Assembly (NCBI GenBank): GCA_002633005.1
Contig: NMRA01000478.1
Coordinates: forward strand, 97,014-161,013
DNA from: Phoronis australis
Lineage: Eukaryota; Animalia; Phoronida
Direction of reading: 5' to 3'
Length of the DNA: 64,000 bases
Under the pieces are notes generated by a model, which ran no database searches, was not told the DNA's origin, and saw nothing but the letters and a program-made list of their open reading frames with translations. Of this stretch, positions 1 through 14,388 are shown in pieces. The position numbers and the translations under genes were made by a program. Each line of letters begins with the position of its first letter. The first letter of the stretch is position 1.

Positions 1-495
1 GGCACAACCCAGAGTGTAATTTGTCTGTCATAGGGGTTTTAGTGACCTGTGACATGTATTGAATCATATGGAATTGGTTTTGTGTGGTACCTCGAATGTA
101 TGTGCTAGCTCATTTTTGGGGGGTCCTTTTTGGGTTTCTGCCGGACCCATTCCAGGGTGCAATTTGTCTGTCATGGGTCATTTGGTGTTCAGTGCGGTAC
201 TATTGTTCGTTTGAAATCAGTTTTGGTTGGTACCTCGAATATCTAGTCTAGCTCATTTTTTGGGCTGTTTGTAAGGCCCCCAGGGGTCACACCCAGAGTG
301 CAGACAACGGCAGACGTCCATTTCTGTACATACTGAGATGGACTTTAAATGCTCCCGTGGTCAGATGTTGGTACCTCGTTCATCTATGCTAAGTGCTCTG
401 GGCTGCCGGTCTATGTGTGGAATCAATATCAGCGGGAAATGGAAAAAATATCGTCAATTATTCTTGCCTATGAGAACGATTTCACCTAAGTATTT
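1..495. repeat. Degenerate ~142-bp tandem repeat (about 3 units, truncated by window start), probably part of a Helentron/HINE-like element
   Basis: GGTACCTCG recurs at 86, 229 and 370 (spacing 143/141). CCAG(A/G)GTG(T/C)AATTTGTCTGTCAT and CTAGCTCATTTTT also recur in register. Confidence 0.7.
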
Positions 496-1143
496 AAGGC
501 GACAAACTTGACAGGTATCAACAAGGGAAATAAAGAGGATTCCCTGTGGATGTTTACCATTTCATCACAATCTTCAATAGGCTCCAAAGCACAACACATT
601 TCTGATACGGTACATGCAAAGCAGACTATCACCTGAAGTACAGTACACAGATTGAGCTGGATTATTGTCTTTTGACTTGAATACAAAACCGCAGACATTT
701 TGCAAATTTGGTATGGATTAGCAGTAATTAAAGAAAGACTCTAAATAACAAAGCAATCGGGCGTTTTTGTTATTTTACAAGCAATTTAACAAAGAACATT
801 TGCATAAATGTTTGATTAAGGCCTATGAAAAGCAAATTCCAGTGTTTCAGGAAATCTATCACTTTGTTTTCGGCAAATACTAAAAATGTGACTTGTTCAA
901 TGCCACTTGACAGATGGTTAAATAGGGCAATCTAACAGGATGCCTGTAAGGTAAATAAAAATACCAGAAATCAGATATGTCTATGCAAATGTTAATCTCC
1001 TTGCAAACACTGGAACAGCAATTGATTTGCATGTAATTGTATAGTAAAAGCTAGTATAAACACAATAAATACTATCAGCCTTTATGCTATCATGTTTCCG
1101 ATGATCACTCAATTTAGGGTCACATACAGCTTACCACTCTTAA

Positions 1144-1623
1144 GGGCCTTTCATACTAACGTCGACGCATCGATGGTTTGGGGAGTTGCTGTCAGTACGA
1201 ACGCATAACTCCGGTCCTGGATCGCAGTTAACAGCTTCAGTTAACATCGCAGTTAACAGGTGGATTTAAGTATGAACGCTTAACTCCGGTCCAATCGAAG
1301 TTATCGCCAGGTGCTACTGTTATCCTCAACGGTTACAGAGTAGTGCCATCACTAATAACTACTTATTTTTTGCTCTGATGATAACCAATCGATTTCAAAC
1401 TGAGTTTAATTTCATTTAGCACATTTAAATGTTCCCAAATTGTCACACTGAAAAAAATCTTAGCGTGCAGCGCTACCTTTCGATAACTTCGATGACGTCA
1501 GTGTCACCAACCCTTTACTTCGATGGTCATTATGTACCGAAGCCAGTATGAACGGTCCAGTTAACTGCGCAGTTTACGTCGACGCTCCACTCAGACCATA
1601 GTTATGTCAATATGAAAGGGCCT
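1144..1623. mobile_element. MITE family A (PIF/Harbinger-like non-autonomous element)
   Basis: TIR GGGCCTTTCATACT(A/G)AC ... GTCAATATGAAAGGGCC, flanked by TAA/TTA-like triplets. Homologous full copy at 30484-30979 and a terminal fragment at ~12878-12951. Confidence 0.8.
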
Positions 1624-1647
1624 TTAAAGACCTGATTTGTCTAGAAC

Positions 1648-2156
1648 ATGTTGCTTTGAAACCATCATTGCACTACAACCAACTGCAACTCCACCGCAAC
1701 TCCACTTACCTTTCCTATTGGCTGGCAATATCAGAGTTACAATTAATTCTCTGATTTAAACACCAGGTGGCGTATTTGAATCATATACTCGAACTAATGA
1801 ATTAGAGATTAATAAACATTTCCCACCACTTGCGGTGAACAGCCCAAGACTGGTAAGTGATATTATCAGTCAGATCGCTTTAAATGCGACTTTTAAAAGT
1901 TAGAAATGAAAAACGCATAAATGACGAATGCTTCATTGAATCTCATGTGACTGATTTCGTGACCTCTCGTAAATACTCCAGCCGAAGTAGAGTTAATGTT
2001 TCCCACTGAAGCGGCGTTGCACATCACTGCACTTTAACCCATGTTTTTTATTGTGGGAGGAGTTCCGATGGCTAATTACATTCGGGAGTCACACTTTTCC
2101 GTAGAGCAGAACTGATAGCAAAAGCAGAGTTGCACATGTTGGTGGAAAAGCAACAT
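1648..2156. mobile_element. Degenerate TIR element (Harbinger-like MITE)
   Basis: Left ATGTTGCTTTGAAACCATCA versus reverse complement of right end ATGTTGCTTTTCCACCAACA. Subterminal GCAACTCC / AGAGTTGC motifs. Confidence 0.55.
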
Positions 2157-2300
2157 TACGGCTTTTTAATAGAGCGAGTAAGGTGTCCCATGATTTTACA
2201 AGGTTATACTGTGGTCTGAAGATGTCAATATTCAGGTGTTTTCACATCCCACAAAGAGTACTCTAAAATGGTATTAGTTTGAAATTACAGATTTCGATAT

Positions 2301-2660
2301 TTAAAGCGTCACATCGCCCTGTTTAGCGTGCTAAAAACGAAAATTGTCTCATAGTATTCCTTATTATGATAGAATTATATTTAAATTACCAACTCAAGTC
2401 ACAGGCAATGGCACGCGAGTGTCATTTTTGAATTTTCCAATTTCAGTATTGGCAAACTCCAATTAAGTCTGAAGCATTTGCTGTCACAGGCAGTGGCATA
2501 TATGCATCATTTTGAAATTTGCCATTTTAGCCTGGTGGTCAATCCCCAATAAACTGCAGCATTTTCTTGAATGGTTGCCGGTTTCAATGTTTCTTAGTAG
2601 GTGATGTTTGCATTTACAGGCAGGCATTTTCAAATCCAAGTCACATGAATAAATTACCAC
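2301..2660. mobile_element. Old TTAAAG-terminated (Kolobok-like) non-autonomous element fragment
   Basis: Begins TTAAAGCG. Internal duplicated GTCACAGGCA(A/G)TGGCA...CATTTTGAA unit is similar to sequence at ~14700-14960, which ends GCTTTAA. Confidence 0.45.
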
Positions 2661-3342
2661 CAGTCACAAACTTAAAGCTAACCTTAAGACATTAGCCCAG
2701 GCATTCTACTTAGTATCTTTTTGTCATTGCCTCAACAAGATATGAATATTTAGACTTATCTTTCCAAATGAATACTAAAATTTTACCGGTTGCACACAGA
2801 TGTCTTTCCTCAGACTTCTTCATATGTCCAACTGTCTTGTACTGTGTGAATCAGAATTTTTATTGCATACTTGGGGAGTCAATGCCTGAAACCAATACCA
2901 ACCAGCCCTTGGTGAATAACAGTTTGGACTACCAATAGAGGTGACTGGGTACAGGTGTTGCCCCCTACCATCACTACCTAGGCATCACTACTACACTGCA
3001 TGCACACTCTAAGAATTGGCAATAAATAACGACTGTTCAACTTCAAGGCTCCCTTAATGGCTAGTGCCACTGCTATCACTGAAGAAGTCACCCTCATTGT
3101 TATTCCCGCTTCAAGGCCCTCCCAAAAGGAAAGAAGCCTGCCTTCACAGATGGCAATTTTTTTGGCTAAGGAAAAAATTCCCTGAGACACCTGGACCACC
3201 TCTCATTGGCATTCCTCAATTCAAGTTATTTAAAAAATAACCAAAGGAAGTCAAGTGCAATGCCAAAACTGAAATGTTATAAGGGTCCAACAGCAACTTA
3301 AAAAGAGAAAATGTCTGCACAGCCCTTAAAATAGCATGCTGA

Positions 3343-3441
3343 CGGTGTTTTTTCTGGATGTTTCCACAGCGGTCAGGTGCCCCCCCCCCCTCCCACCCCC
3401 CGCCCTCTCAGCATCCTCAATGGCCAGATAAAAAATCAGTG
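3343..3441. mobile_element. Short degenerate TIR element
   Basis: CGGTGTTTTTTCTGG ... CCAGATAAAAAATCAGTG imperfect inverted ends around a C-rich core. Confidence 0.35.
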
Positions 3442-6400
3442 TGTTGCCTTTGACAAAAAAGTTATGTAACACGCCTTTGGATTCGTGAAGGCCGGAAAGC
3501 AGGCAGGACACAACCATGGTATTTAACCAAGACATGTTGCATTCTCTACTTCCAAAGACCTATTTCATGAAAAGTGACTGAAGACTTAGACTGATCATTG
3601 GCCATGTGCTCCAGCCCACTTCCCAATTGACCTATCGCAAGCTCCGCCCCCTTGCGTTATGTTGACTAACAAACAATAAGTTTTACTCAGCAACGGGTTG
3701 TTTGTCGGGTAAAATAGCGGCTTGGAGACGAACGTGTGTCAAGAATGATGAGTTCTAAATGGTCAGTTAAGCCGTCACTCAAAGTCCTGGCGATAGGTGA
3801 CAATTGCTGATTAAAAGTTAAGCCTAATAATTGAGAATATCAGAGTCTAAAAACCAATTGACAGTCAGATATTACCTCAGTAACTAGCACTTATGAATGT
3901 GTATTGTCTCTCAGACTTTGCACTTTTTTCCTCAAGTGAGACTTAAATTATTTTACACAAATAGTTGTGTGGAATGCTAGACCATATTTCTGACAGAACA
4001 GTACTTTACGTAACAACCAAAAGATGTTAATTTGAATTTACGTTCATTATTAAACTATCTGTGTAGGGTAAAACTCACCAGCACAACTAACAATTCCAAA
4101 GATCAAATCAGGGGAATAGGCCAGGAGACAATTGACAGAATTTGTTGTCACAGGACTTTGACAAAAATCAGTTACAAAAAATTTTTCGACAGCAAGAAAA
4201 TAAAAAAGTTTATTAATAACAGTGGAATAAATGTGAATTCCATCAAAAAATATTCGATTGTAACTATGTATTGACTGTCTTTATCCTAACTCAGAAGAGA
4301 AGGGGATTCTAAGGACAGCATAGCGCATTTAATGACTCCCAATATAATTACCCAACTGTTGATGTCTGGCCTCTAAAACACAGATTCATCAAATTGCATT
4401 TTAACGTTCAATTTTCAATCCATAAAAGTATTATATAGCACATGAATATCCATCTTAATTCATATCTTATAACGCCATACAATCACTGACAATCACATGA
4501 CTGCCACTAATCCTGCTATTACCTAGGTGGCGCTACAAGCAACCTCCTCTCTGAACTATATTGACTACAGTAAATGCAGACAACCTAGTCTCAGATTATT
4601 TTACATTCAAAGAAAAAAGATATTAACCATCAAAGGCCCCTTTTTGACACAAACTCTCTTGGTATCAGACAGGAGATATCTCTCTAACGAAATAAACCTG
4701 AGAAATGGCACCCTCCGTCATAAACTGTAGCACGTGTGCAAAACTTAAAAAATACGCTGATATTCAAATGTCCCAAGAGTATTGAAAATCAAAAAGTGTG
4801 AAAATGGTCTAAGAAGATTTGCGAAGTAATCGAAGTCAGGTCCCACACACTACTCGCATATTTGCAGCAAGTGAAAAATGCATTTCAATGGTACTTGGAT
4901 GTTACTGAAAAAATAAAAAATAATACAATTTTGAATCCAGCAATTTTGGAAAAATCCATGAGATTCAAAATTATCTCTAAGAGGAAGAAAAGTATGAAGA
5001 AAAAATTTCATGCTTCACTACACATTTAAATTACACCACAGAGAAGGATGTTCGCCTATTGACCAAATTTATAAGCGAAAAAACTCACAATCAGTAAATT
5101 TGATCCAGAAATATTTCCACAACTATTTAAACAATTTCCTGGCCAATGGTATCTCTATACCACAGCCCTATCCAAACTCCATATTATACAAGGTAACAAG
5201 AAACATCAACTCAGAGCTCTGATCCAATTGAAAACAGAAATGAAATCTCCACAACACTTGGGGTTCCCCACTGTTTTCTGTAAGCTTGCCCAACAGGACC
5301 AGAATTCCTCAAAATTAGAAGAGTAAAAGTCTACATTAAAAACCTGTACCAAGAGAAAGGGTAATACAAAAACAAAAAAGTGTCAGATGAAATAAATCAC
5401 TAAAAACAAGTTTGACAATGTTGGATGTTTTACTGCCGAAACATGTTACTATATTTTAGAAAAGTTGTTGTCTTCATTTAAACTACGTCACAAACAACTT
5501 TTAATAAGTGATTGCATACTCGCACAATCTTGCCGACAACAAATTAATGACACGTGAAACTTAATTTTTCCATGTTTGACAATCTTTATATATGTTTTAC
5601 CATGTACAGGTTGTGCACCACAGAGACTGAAATAGGCACAATTTTACCATCATGCTAAATACAAGAAATCAAAATAGCTGGTTTCAAATTCATGCCTGAC
5701 CTTTCACCCAATCACTACAAACTTGCCTGATTGAACTTGAATAGACAGTTGCCAGTCACTGAAGCAAACGGAAGTTTCAATTTTGTGGGCATATGTCACC
5801 AATGATAATTCAACCCATAAAACCACTAGAGAAATGAAGGCCTTCAGCCATCTAGCCATGGTCCTGGACTGTTCACGCTCTAACTAAGTTAACAGGCAAT
5901 CAGAGCCACTTGGGTTTGTTTTATGCCTTGGCAAAATTCCTAATGGAGAGCGCAACAGCTGCTGGTACCATCAGGAAGGCGGCATTATCTTAAGACTTCC
6001 TTCAATTCCATCTCTATTCACCTCATGTGCTATCAAATAATTTTGGAAGAGTTAAATTCACCAATACTACGAGCTTGTGACAACTGACAAACCAAAACTA
6101 CTCTTCATTATACCATTTACAATTTCTCATCACAGAAATCAACAAAATCATTTTATTTTTGATACCATCAGCTACTCATTGTAAAGACGATAACAAAGAC
6201 AGCAATAGCAATAGGACACAATACCCTCTGACACAGCGCCACCTATAGTGAAAAGTGGCCCTGTGGAAATATGATGAACGACAAACGGAATTCCGTGTGT
6301 GAGCATCAATGTGCATGCTTGGTCGGAAATTTACCGATCTCATCGCTACCACTTGTACATGCCTTCTATGCACTGTACTTGTCTGGGCTCAAGCCACTGG

Positions 6401-7671
6401 ATCGGGGTTCCTTGATTTTGCTTACTGCCATCACTGCCCGCTTTAATAAGGTGCAACCATTCAGGTCAAAAGTCGTCGCCAAACTACGCGAGAGCAAACT
6501 AAAAGGGGTTTCCCAGATTTCAACCAATGGGAATGACAGAATGTTTTCACGTCGGTTTCATTACTTTAACCAATGCTACTTTTTGTAGCACTGTGAAAGA
6601 GTACAGGACACAAGCAATGAATGAATGAAGATCTTGTAAGACACATTAGAAACAATGGTGTCATCTGCCTTCCACGAGTCTAACAAAGTTAGCATTCCCA
6701 AAGAACATACAATGCTGAGCTTTAATGCCAAATATTCAAAAAACATCAAAGTTTAGTCTTACTCATACCGAGGCAGTCAAATTAGCTGAAAACAGTTGTA
6801 ACAGATGGATTATAGCACATCTGCAGTGATGGCTTTGTTACGAACAAGGTCACCTATTTAGGATTCAATAAGACAGACAAGTACAACTTTATTTTATTCA
6901 CGTTTGTTTTCATGGACGACATGCACCACCAAGTTCTGCAGTTTCTGCACAATAGCTACCATCAGAAAATAATTTGAAAACTTGCGGGCATTTGCATCAA
7001 TGTTAGAAGATAATGACAACTGAAAAGGGACAATTTTGTAGACAATTTTTGTCCATAAATTAATTGGGTATTACCACACTAAGCAGACACCAATAGATGT
7101 AAGAAAGCGGATACCAAGACTACCTGATACATTCTGAAGACAAAGAGAACGTGATACAGGCCAGAACACCAAAGAGCTGACCAGAACAGATGCAAAGCTG
7201 ACAGATCATCCCAAACTCTTTACTACCACCAACATTAACTCTGCTGTGGGCACTAATTGGACAGTCTAAAATAAGCAACAGGAATGTTGCTAATGGGTCA
7301 GAGCAAACATGGTGAGCTAGAGATGGCCATCTAGTGGCTGGAACAAACAAAGAGCTGCTTCAACAGAAGAGCAGATTTCTAAAACGCTTTCTAAAACATC
7401 TGGCGTTATTACCTCTGATGGTTTAATGCGGGGCAATTAGCAATCAGTACTGGTAGTTCAATCTCCTGTGTGATGCAAAACATTAACACTTTGAAATTTG
7501 AGAGACAAAAACAAAGACATCCTGTGAAAACACGTGTTAAACCATGTGGACACTTTGTCTGATGTTTAGAAGATGTCACTTTTAACACCTCATCATAATC
7601 AGCGAAATGTCTCACAATAAGGTTATTGCCAAAATGCAATTAAAATTTAATTCAAAAGTAAAAGGAACACT

Positions 7672-8189
7672 AAGTAGCATAACGCTAAACCCTCGTGAGA
7701 GACCGCCCCGAGATGGATGCTGGAGCAACTCGGGACGGTCTGGGATCAAGCGGAAAAACCACAGGGTAGATCTGTGGTCGACGAATCTATTCGGTCGATT
7801 ACATTTTATTGCCCGTGAAGCCGCTAAGGGCTGCCTGAAGAAATATGACTCGCGCGTTTGTATTTTCGCCTTTTTCAATNCGTTGATCATCGTCAATACA
7901 CCTCCAAAAATTGCACATCGTCTTTGTGCAAACTACATTGAGATTTAAGTCTCCCGAAAAAAGTTGACGATCGGATAGTGTTTAAAAATCTAATTCTAAA
8001 TTTCTCCAGTTAGTGCACAAATGAAGTAAAAGAAAGTAGTTCTGCTTGTCGCGTCAGCTGTTGGTATCATTATCTCGATTTATGACCCACAACGCGTGAC
8101 TGGACAAAGCCTTTTCAAATTAGCCGGTGGAGCGTGAGACCCCTGAGGTCCCAATCGAGTCCTCACGACAACTTCGCGTTATGGTACTA
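7672..8189. mobile_element. MITE with ~27-bp imperfect TIRs
   Basis: Left AAGTAGCATAACGCTAAACCCTCGTGAG versus reverse complement of right end TAGTACCATAACGCGAAGTTGTCGTGAG. CpG-rich compared with flanks. Confidence 0.65.
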
Positions 8190-8254
8190 CAGCAAAACAA
8201 AGAGAGCTCTTGTTAGTCAGTAGGCAACTCGAACACTAAATCTATATGCATGAA

Positions 8255-8668
8255 GAGGACGATAGTGCTTACACCTTTCACCCCGCAGTGTCCAGCGAAG
8301 TTCCCCACACATCAATCGCTTGGTTGGTGCTGTCACAGGTTTAAGTGAGCTAGTCGCTGGTCACTAGCTCGCATGAACGCGTATTGGGTGAGATACTTGC
8401 TGTCATAACAACATGCCACGTTTCAAAGTAAAAAATGCCAATAAGTAAGGCAAACGACCAACACTAATTGAACAGTAAATATTAGCCGTCATTGAATTTT
8501 TAAAATTGGTGCACAATTAGAGAAATAAGCTAATAGGTTTTCGTCAACAGCACTGCTGAGCCACACTCATTAACAAACTTTCATGAAAACTAGATGACTT
8601 AGTCACAGTCTGGCTTAGGCATATTGGGATAACAAAAGGCCAATTTAACCGTCGAGTTGCCTCATGTA
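8255..8668 (+). repeat. Dispersed repeat family B, copy 1
   Basis: Colinear with 24873-25310 (shared CCAGCGAAGT, GAGCTA.TCGCT, TTCAAAGT, TAGTC..AGTCTGGCT) and with the reverse complement of 17800-18195. Confidence 0.7.
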
Positions 8669-11243
8669 AAAAATTATGGTAATGCCATTAAAAATGGCAG
8701 AAGCCTTAAAAGTTGTACAATTTGTCTCTGCTACAACTGTTATGTACTGATCAATGAAGTAACCGTATAAAAATACAAGTACTTTGAAATATTGGAAAGA
8801 AAGCACAGAGAAAGAAAATCAATTCGTCTTTGGACTCAATCCATCGGTGGGGAAATAAAAAGCATCCCAATAAGAGATGTTTAAGCATTTCACACAAGAT
8901 TAATGGCAAAAGTGAAGGTTTGCATAAAACTGATAAACTTTTTCCATGCCATAATGTTGAGGTATGCATAGCATATTTGAAGACAGCAGCGATCCCATAG
9001 CCTAACACTTACACAGCGCAGTACAGCTGCTCAAACTTTGTGTTCATAAAAATTATTCAGGAAATGCCCACGAAATGTACAAAAAATCAAATAAACATTT
9101 AAGAGGGTATATCTCACCAAGATTTCCCTTATGTTTGCCTGGCTGGTGACAAATGAATTTTATTAAACACAGACGTTGAGGTTACCCATGAAAATACAAG
9201 ACTGCAACTCTCTCAGCAAGACTGTGGTGACCTTTTGCGGTTTCTAAACACAGACCAAAGTACAATGTTCTGATTACAAACACAAGAAGCATGTCCCAAG
9301 AACACACACACACATATTTGTTAACTGCAAGGACACACTGGGTATGCCATTCATGATTGATGGTGATTTCTGCATTGTCTAAAAGCATGACTTGCCAACT
9401 GACTTGAACAGGTCTGACTTTTGTAACTGGAGTTTCTGGCCAAGCTGTTGGCACGGAAACAATGCAAACCAACTTCTGCATTAACTCGAGTCATGCTTTA
9501 ATGGAGCAAAAGTGTACTATCCAATGATTCACCCTCTTATCAACACCATGGACACGAAAGGAAAACCATGGGGTTTTACTTTGGTTGCAATACAACAGGA
9601 CTCAATTTGGCAACCTGCCAACGTGACTTCAAATTTTGCTTGGTGACTTGGTAAAAAACCTTACGCTGCCACAAAGTCGGTGGCCATGCCACATCTGACC
9701 TAGATCTTAAAAGTACTACAACAGTTATAAGACAAAAGAGCATGTGAGACACTCCTTATTTTCCATTCGAACAAAAAATAGTGCGCCCCCTCTCACATAT
9801 GCTTGAGGTGTAGTCACTGAAGGTGCAGACTCATCTTTCTCGGAGATTTCGCTAACAAAGATGAAATGCCATAAACATGGCTGCAGCATACCAAACACCA
9901 AATAATTATGAGCATCGGCCAAACCAAGCTACTGCATTATTTTCAGCAAATGTTTGTTCACTGAATCTTGTAAACCTTCTTTGTTAACAGAAACCATCAC
10001 AGGGTGACCAACACTGCCACCTCTTGGATATCCATTGAAACATTTCTGGCAATGTGACAGTCACTAATGATAAACATTACCACACGAAAATTCAAACATT
10101 TAGCTTACCTCACAACTCCAAAAACCAATGCACCATGAATGCTTCTTTTCCAGCAGTGTGTATTTCAGATAAATCAACCACAGCTGAGCTTCAACAGCCT
10201 TTCATCACAGCAGACAACAAGGGAGTTACTGAAACACAGGAGATATCAAAACACATCTCTCATAACATGTGTTCCCATGCATCACATGGAATTATGGGTA
10301 ATATCTGAAGCATCTCTCTATGACCACTTAGCTCTGTAGCATCCAATTACAGGATTTTAATAAGCTATCTTGGCTGAGCATGTAAATAGGCATAGTTGCA
10401 CTAGGGACTAAATAATAAAGATAATTTGGTCGTGTACTTAACAAATGCAACGGTCAGACTGCCCTTCAAACTCACACTACATATACTAGTTTAAAAAGCA
10501 TTCGGAATATAAAAAAGTAAAGAGGTGTAGCAACAGACTGAACCTGCTGTTCAACTGTTCTTGCATTCACACACTGTACTGTGAAATTCACATATTAAGT
10601 AAATGTCCACTAGTGATTTGCAATACAGCCAACCTGTTCAACTATTTTTGCATTTTGTATGCAGTGAAAATTCACACATTCACAATTTCAATTAGCAAGA
10701 AGTAGTAAACTAAAATAGTAAAATCATTTTTTGCTTTTTCAATTCATGGGTAGTGGTAAATCAACAAGCACAAAATCTGACTTATGACTGACTGTCAGCT
10801 GGACAGCTCCTGGAACATTCAGCAAGACCCAAAAGCTGTTGTCTTCACCCAAGTGACACACAGCTTGGACACTTCACCACTTCACCATCAGCTGTTGTGA
10901 CAGCTTTCAGTCAGAAGGAGACAATTTTAATGACCACATACCATGTAATTGGAAACATCAGTCTGGCAAATACCCAGAGATTTGTACAAATGGACCAGCA
11001 ACTGACCACAGCTGACAGGGATGGTGTGCATATCCAGTGTCTCAATATGATACAATACTATGTAATAAATTAGCCAGTCAAGTAGTCTGGAGCTCTTTAT
11101 GAATGAAGATAAGAAGTATCACATGTTCAGCCATTGGTAACACAATTTGCAGATGTCAAACAAGCCCCCAGTGACACTCATCAGGCATAAATCTACAGAG
11201 CATACACTTCCTTTGTGACTCAAAATATTTGCTGGCATTTTAA

Positions 11244-11486
11244 AGGGACACACCGTTTATGGCCGAAAAACACAATTTCAGAATTGCTGAACAGGATACA
11301 GATTTCAATGAAATTATCAGCTTTGATCAGGGCTGAAATCAAAGCTGAAATCTTTACCATTTAAATACATTTGAAATTCATTGTTATTAACCAGCAGTAA
11401 GGCATTCAGCTATTACTGCGGAGATACTTCCATTCCACATTGCTGCCAGATTCTGTAAAACTACTTTTCTCAACGAAAATGGCCCT
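11244..11486. mobile_element. Kolobok-like MITE (TTAA TSD)
   Basis: TTAA|AGGGACAC ... GGCCCT|TTAA termini. Confidence 0.5.
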
Positions 11487-12877
11487 TTAAATATATCCAA
11501 GTCCAGTTACCTACTGTTTCATGGAGAGCACTAATGAGTAATTATTTAAGTCCTACAATTGTTAATAGCTCACTAGTTAGACTTAATGTGTAAATTTTTA
11601 GATTCTCAAAAACAGTGGGTTACAATACAGGTTTGTTTCCTGTTATCATTATTTGGAGGTATGTAAACGCAAACATGCTGCATTCAGGAAAATCCATCTC
11701 AAAAGTATGATTACACAACAGCGAATCGATAGCTGTTAAAATATTGCTTTCAAACAATTCACAATAGGCGCCTTTTAAACCTTCTGCTATTTGTCAAAAA
11801 AGGAAATCTCTGGTTCAAAAGATAAAAGCTCATCCATTGGCATCTTAGTACAACAAGAGCTGTTGAAGTCAGGGGAGCTGTTTAATTGACTTGGCAACTT
11901 ATAAACTTTGCTAATGAGTCCAGTTACATTTGCTAACAACTCCACTAATGCACCTAATAGGAAAACCATCTCCCATGTTCAGAGTCCAGCTATGATGGCA
12001 CCTCATCACAAGAACGCCATCTGTAATTTACAACTAGACAGACAGAAGAGGTGAGCACTGCTCAAAAAGCATGAACTGCAGGACATGGTCATTAATGATG
12101 TTTATTAACAGTAATTGGATGTTCCTCAGAACATCAGACTGTTTGTTGACTTTTCAAATGGAACATGCCAGACGCACTAGGTGAAAGACAGAGGTACAGC
12201 CTACCCACTTCCCTGACGGTGGGAGGATGAAGGTTATTCTGGGGTCACCCCATGTTGGATTTTGACACAGAACCCTAGTCTTGTCTTTTTCTCACCGCCT
12301 GATAGGGAAAATTATCTTATAACAAGGTTATCCCCAGATCTAAATGGTTGAAGATTGGTTTGAGATCAAACTCACTGAAATATTAGAGAGAATTCTTTGA
12401 AAGTAGAAATGTCAAAAACATGTTTTGGGGCCAGAACCCATCATGTCTCGCCACTTTTTAATGAACATATAGTTGAATATGAAGTGGCCCCTAGACTTCT
12501 GTCTATTGTCTGACATCTCTCGGGCCATACTCTTATATCCATTCCAATGAGGTCACGTTATGCACGTCCCCAAAATGCATGTCATTTTATTTTTAATCGC
12601 CCATGAATAGCACATTTTTTATGATGGAGACATCCCTAAAAGTATGGATCCAATTCTCTGTGAATGAGTGAAGTTTAGCTATTGAACACGAATGAACAAA
12701 GGCAAGAATGAAAAGTAACACATCAAAAGCACAAAATGTCACTATATCTATATTCCAGAGAGTGTGATTTGGTAATTTCTTTATTCCAAGTAATCATAGT
12801 TCAAAATCCTGTGAAGTCAGAAACTTTAGCCCATAATCTGTTAGCGCTGAATCCTATTCTAAATCAATTGAATAACA

Positions 12878-12951
12878 GGACCAAAGTTAACCGTTCACAC
12901 TGACCATAACTCCCCAAAACATCGATACGTGGATGTCAGTATGAAAGGCCC
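12878..12951 (-). mobile_element. MITE family A terminal fragment
   Basis: Reverse complement GGGCCTTTCATACTGACATCCACGTATCGATGTTTTGGGGAGTT... matches 1144-1217. Confidence 0.7.
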
Positions 12952-14388
12952 TGGAGATAAACTATACATACAATAGTAACAATTTTTTAAAAAATTACAC
13001 CAAGCCCCTCAAAATAAGACACAATATAGCGAACAAGTGAAATTTCATTTGCTCATCTTTCTAATAAATGGTACACAGAGTTCATGCTATGCTGTACATG
13101 TCATTCCTAAGTTCTGTATCATAAGTTACCAATAGAAAATATTTTGAAAAATTGTGGGCATTCAGAGGCCCTTTAAAAAAGAACATAAATACAGTTGAGC
13201 AATTTTTGTAAAAAAATTGTTGAGATTCTCACATACGTAAATAAATTAGTCCACATAAAGATAGCAAATATTTATCTAAGTTAAGAAGTAAACAGGATTG
13301 GACAAAACATAAACATGCCAATGTCAGAGTCCCCTAAACAAAATACTTGGTTCTTTTTGACAAACATAAGAGTAGATACGGCATGATCTTCTTTGGCAGT
13401 CACAGATGGTTCAGGTGTGGATCCACCAAGCCCAATATACATCACCATATGTTTATTGGAATTAACACATGCCAGTGGACACTCATGTAAATACTGTTTC
13501 ATGTTAAGATGACTCAAGGGGTTATTGCTCAAACAACCATGAAATGGTTGGGAGACCACTGTGTTCTATGGGCTATGATCCCCAGTGGAATAGTAAGCAA
13601 CACAGGATTCCTAGCCTTTTGAAAAGATACCCCTTCCACTAGGCAACAGCATATTCTAATGAAGTCTGTGCACTGTATGATTTTCTGCAAATTATGCTGT
13701 AATCCTAGTTAAACTGCATTACTACATGTACTTTTTGAATGCAGATGGACGCCTTTGGAGGCAGTTGATGTCCTTAAATCTTTCCAACACAAACAAATGT
13801 TCCTGCATTCAACTTTTATTTCAGCTAAGTCCCGCATTGCATCACGAAATAGAAAACAGTGGATGAACTCAAATTCATACAGAAATGAAGGTTACAGGGG
13901 GGGGGGTTATGGGGAGGTCACCACTGTCTCACCAGTCTGCCAGCCAGACTGAGAGATATGAGGCAACACAGATAGGTGGTCGTATCTATTCGTCCACAGA
14001 CCTTTAGTTAAGAACATCACAAAACAAAAAAGCAAAAACTCGATCTTGTCTTGATATTTCACTATTTAAACATAACATCAGCAGTTTAGGGTTACATATG
14101 AGCTTATCCACAATTCTGTCCATTTAGTTAAGTATTTACAAAACATTAGAATTAAATCCAGTAGAAGTATATATTTTACGAAAGTAAAAAGCCTACATAA
14201 TTTGATTTTTGACTTTACAATCAAACCATATTTAGTACAGCAACACCTAACTTCATAGAAAATTAAATTACCAAAACAAAGAATAAATGTGGGTCAGGTA
14301 TGAGTGAATTACCTACACGGTCTCATGTCTCTGGTTCTATTTGCAGGACATGGGTTGTTAGTTTATTTCTTCTTTTTTACTTCCAGTT

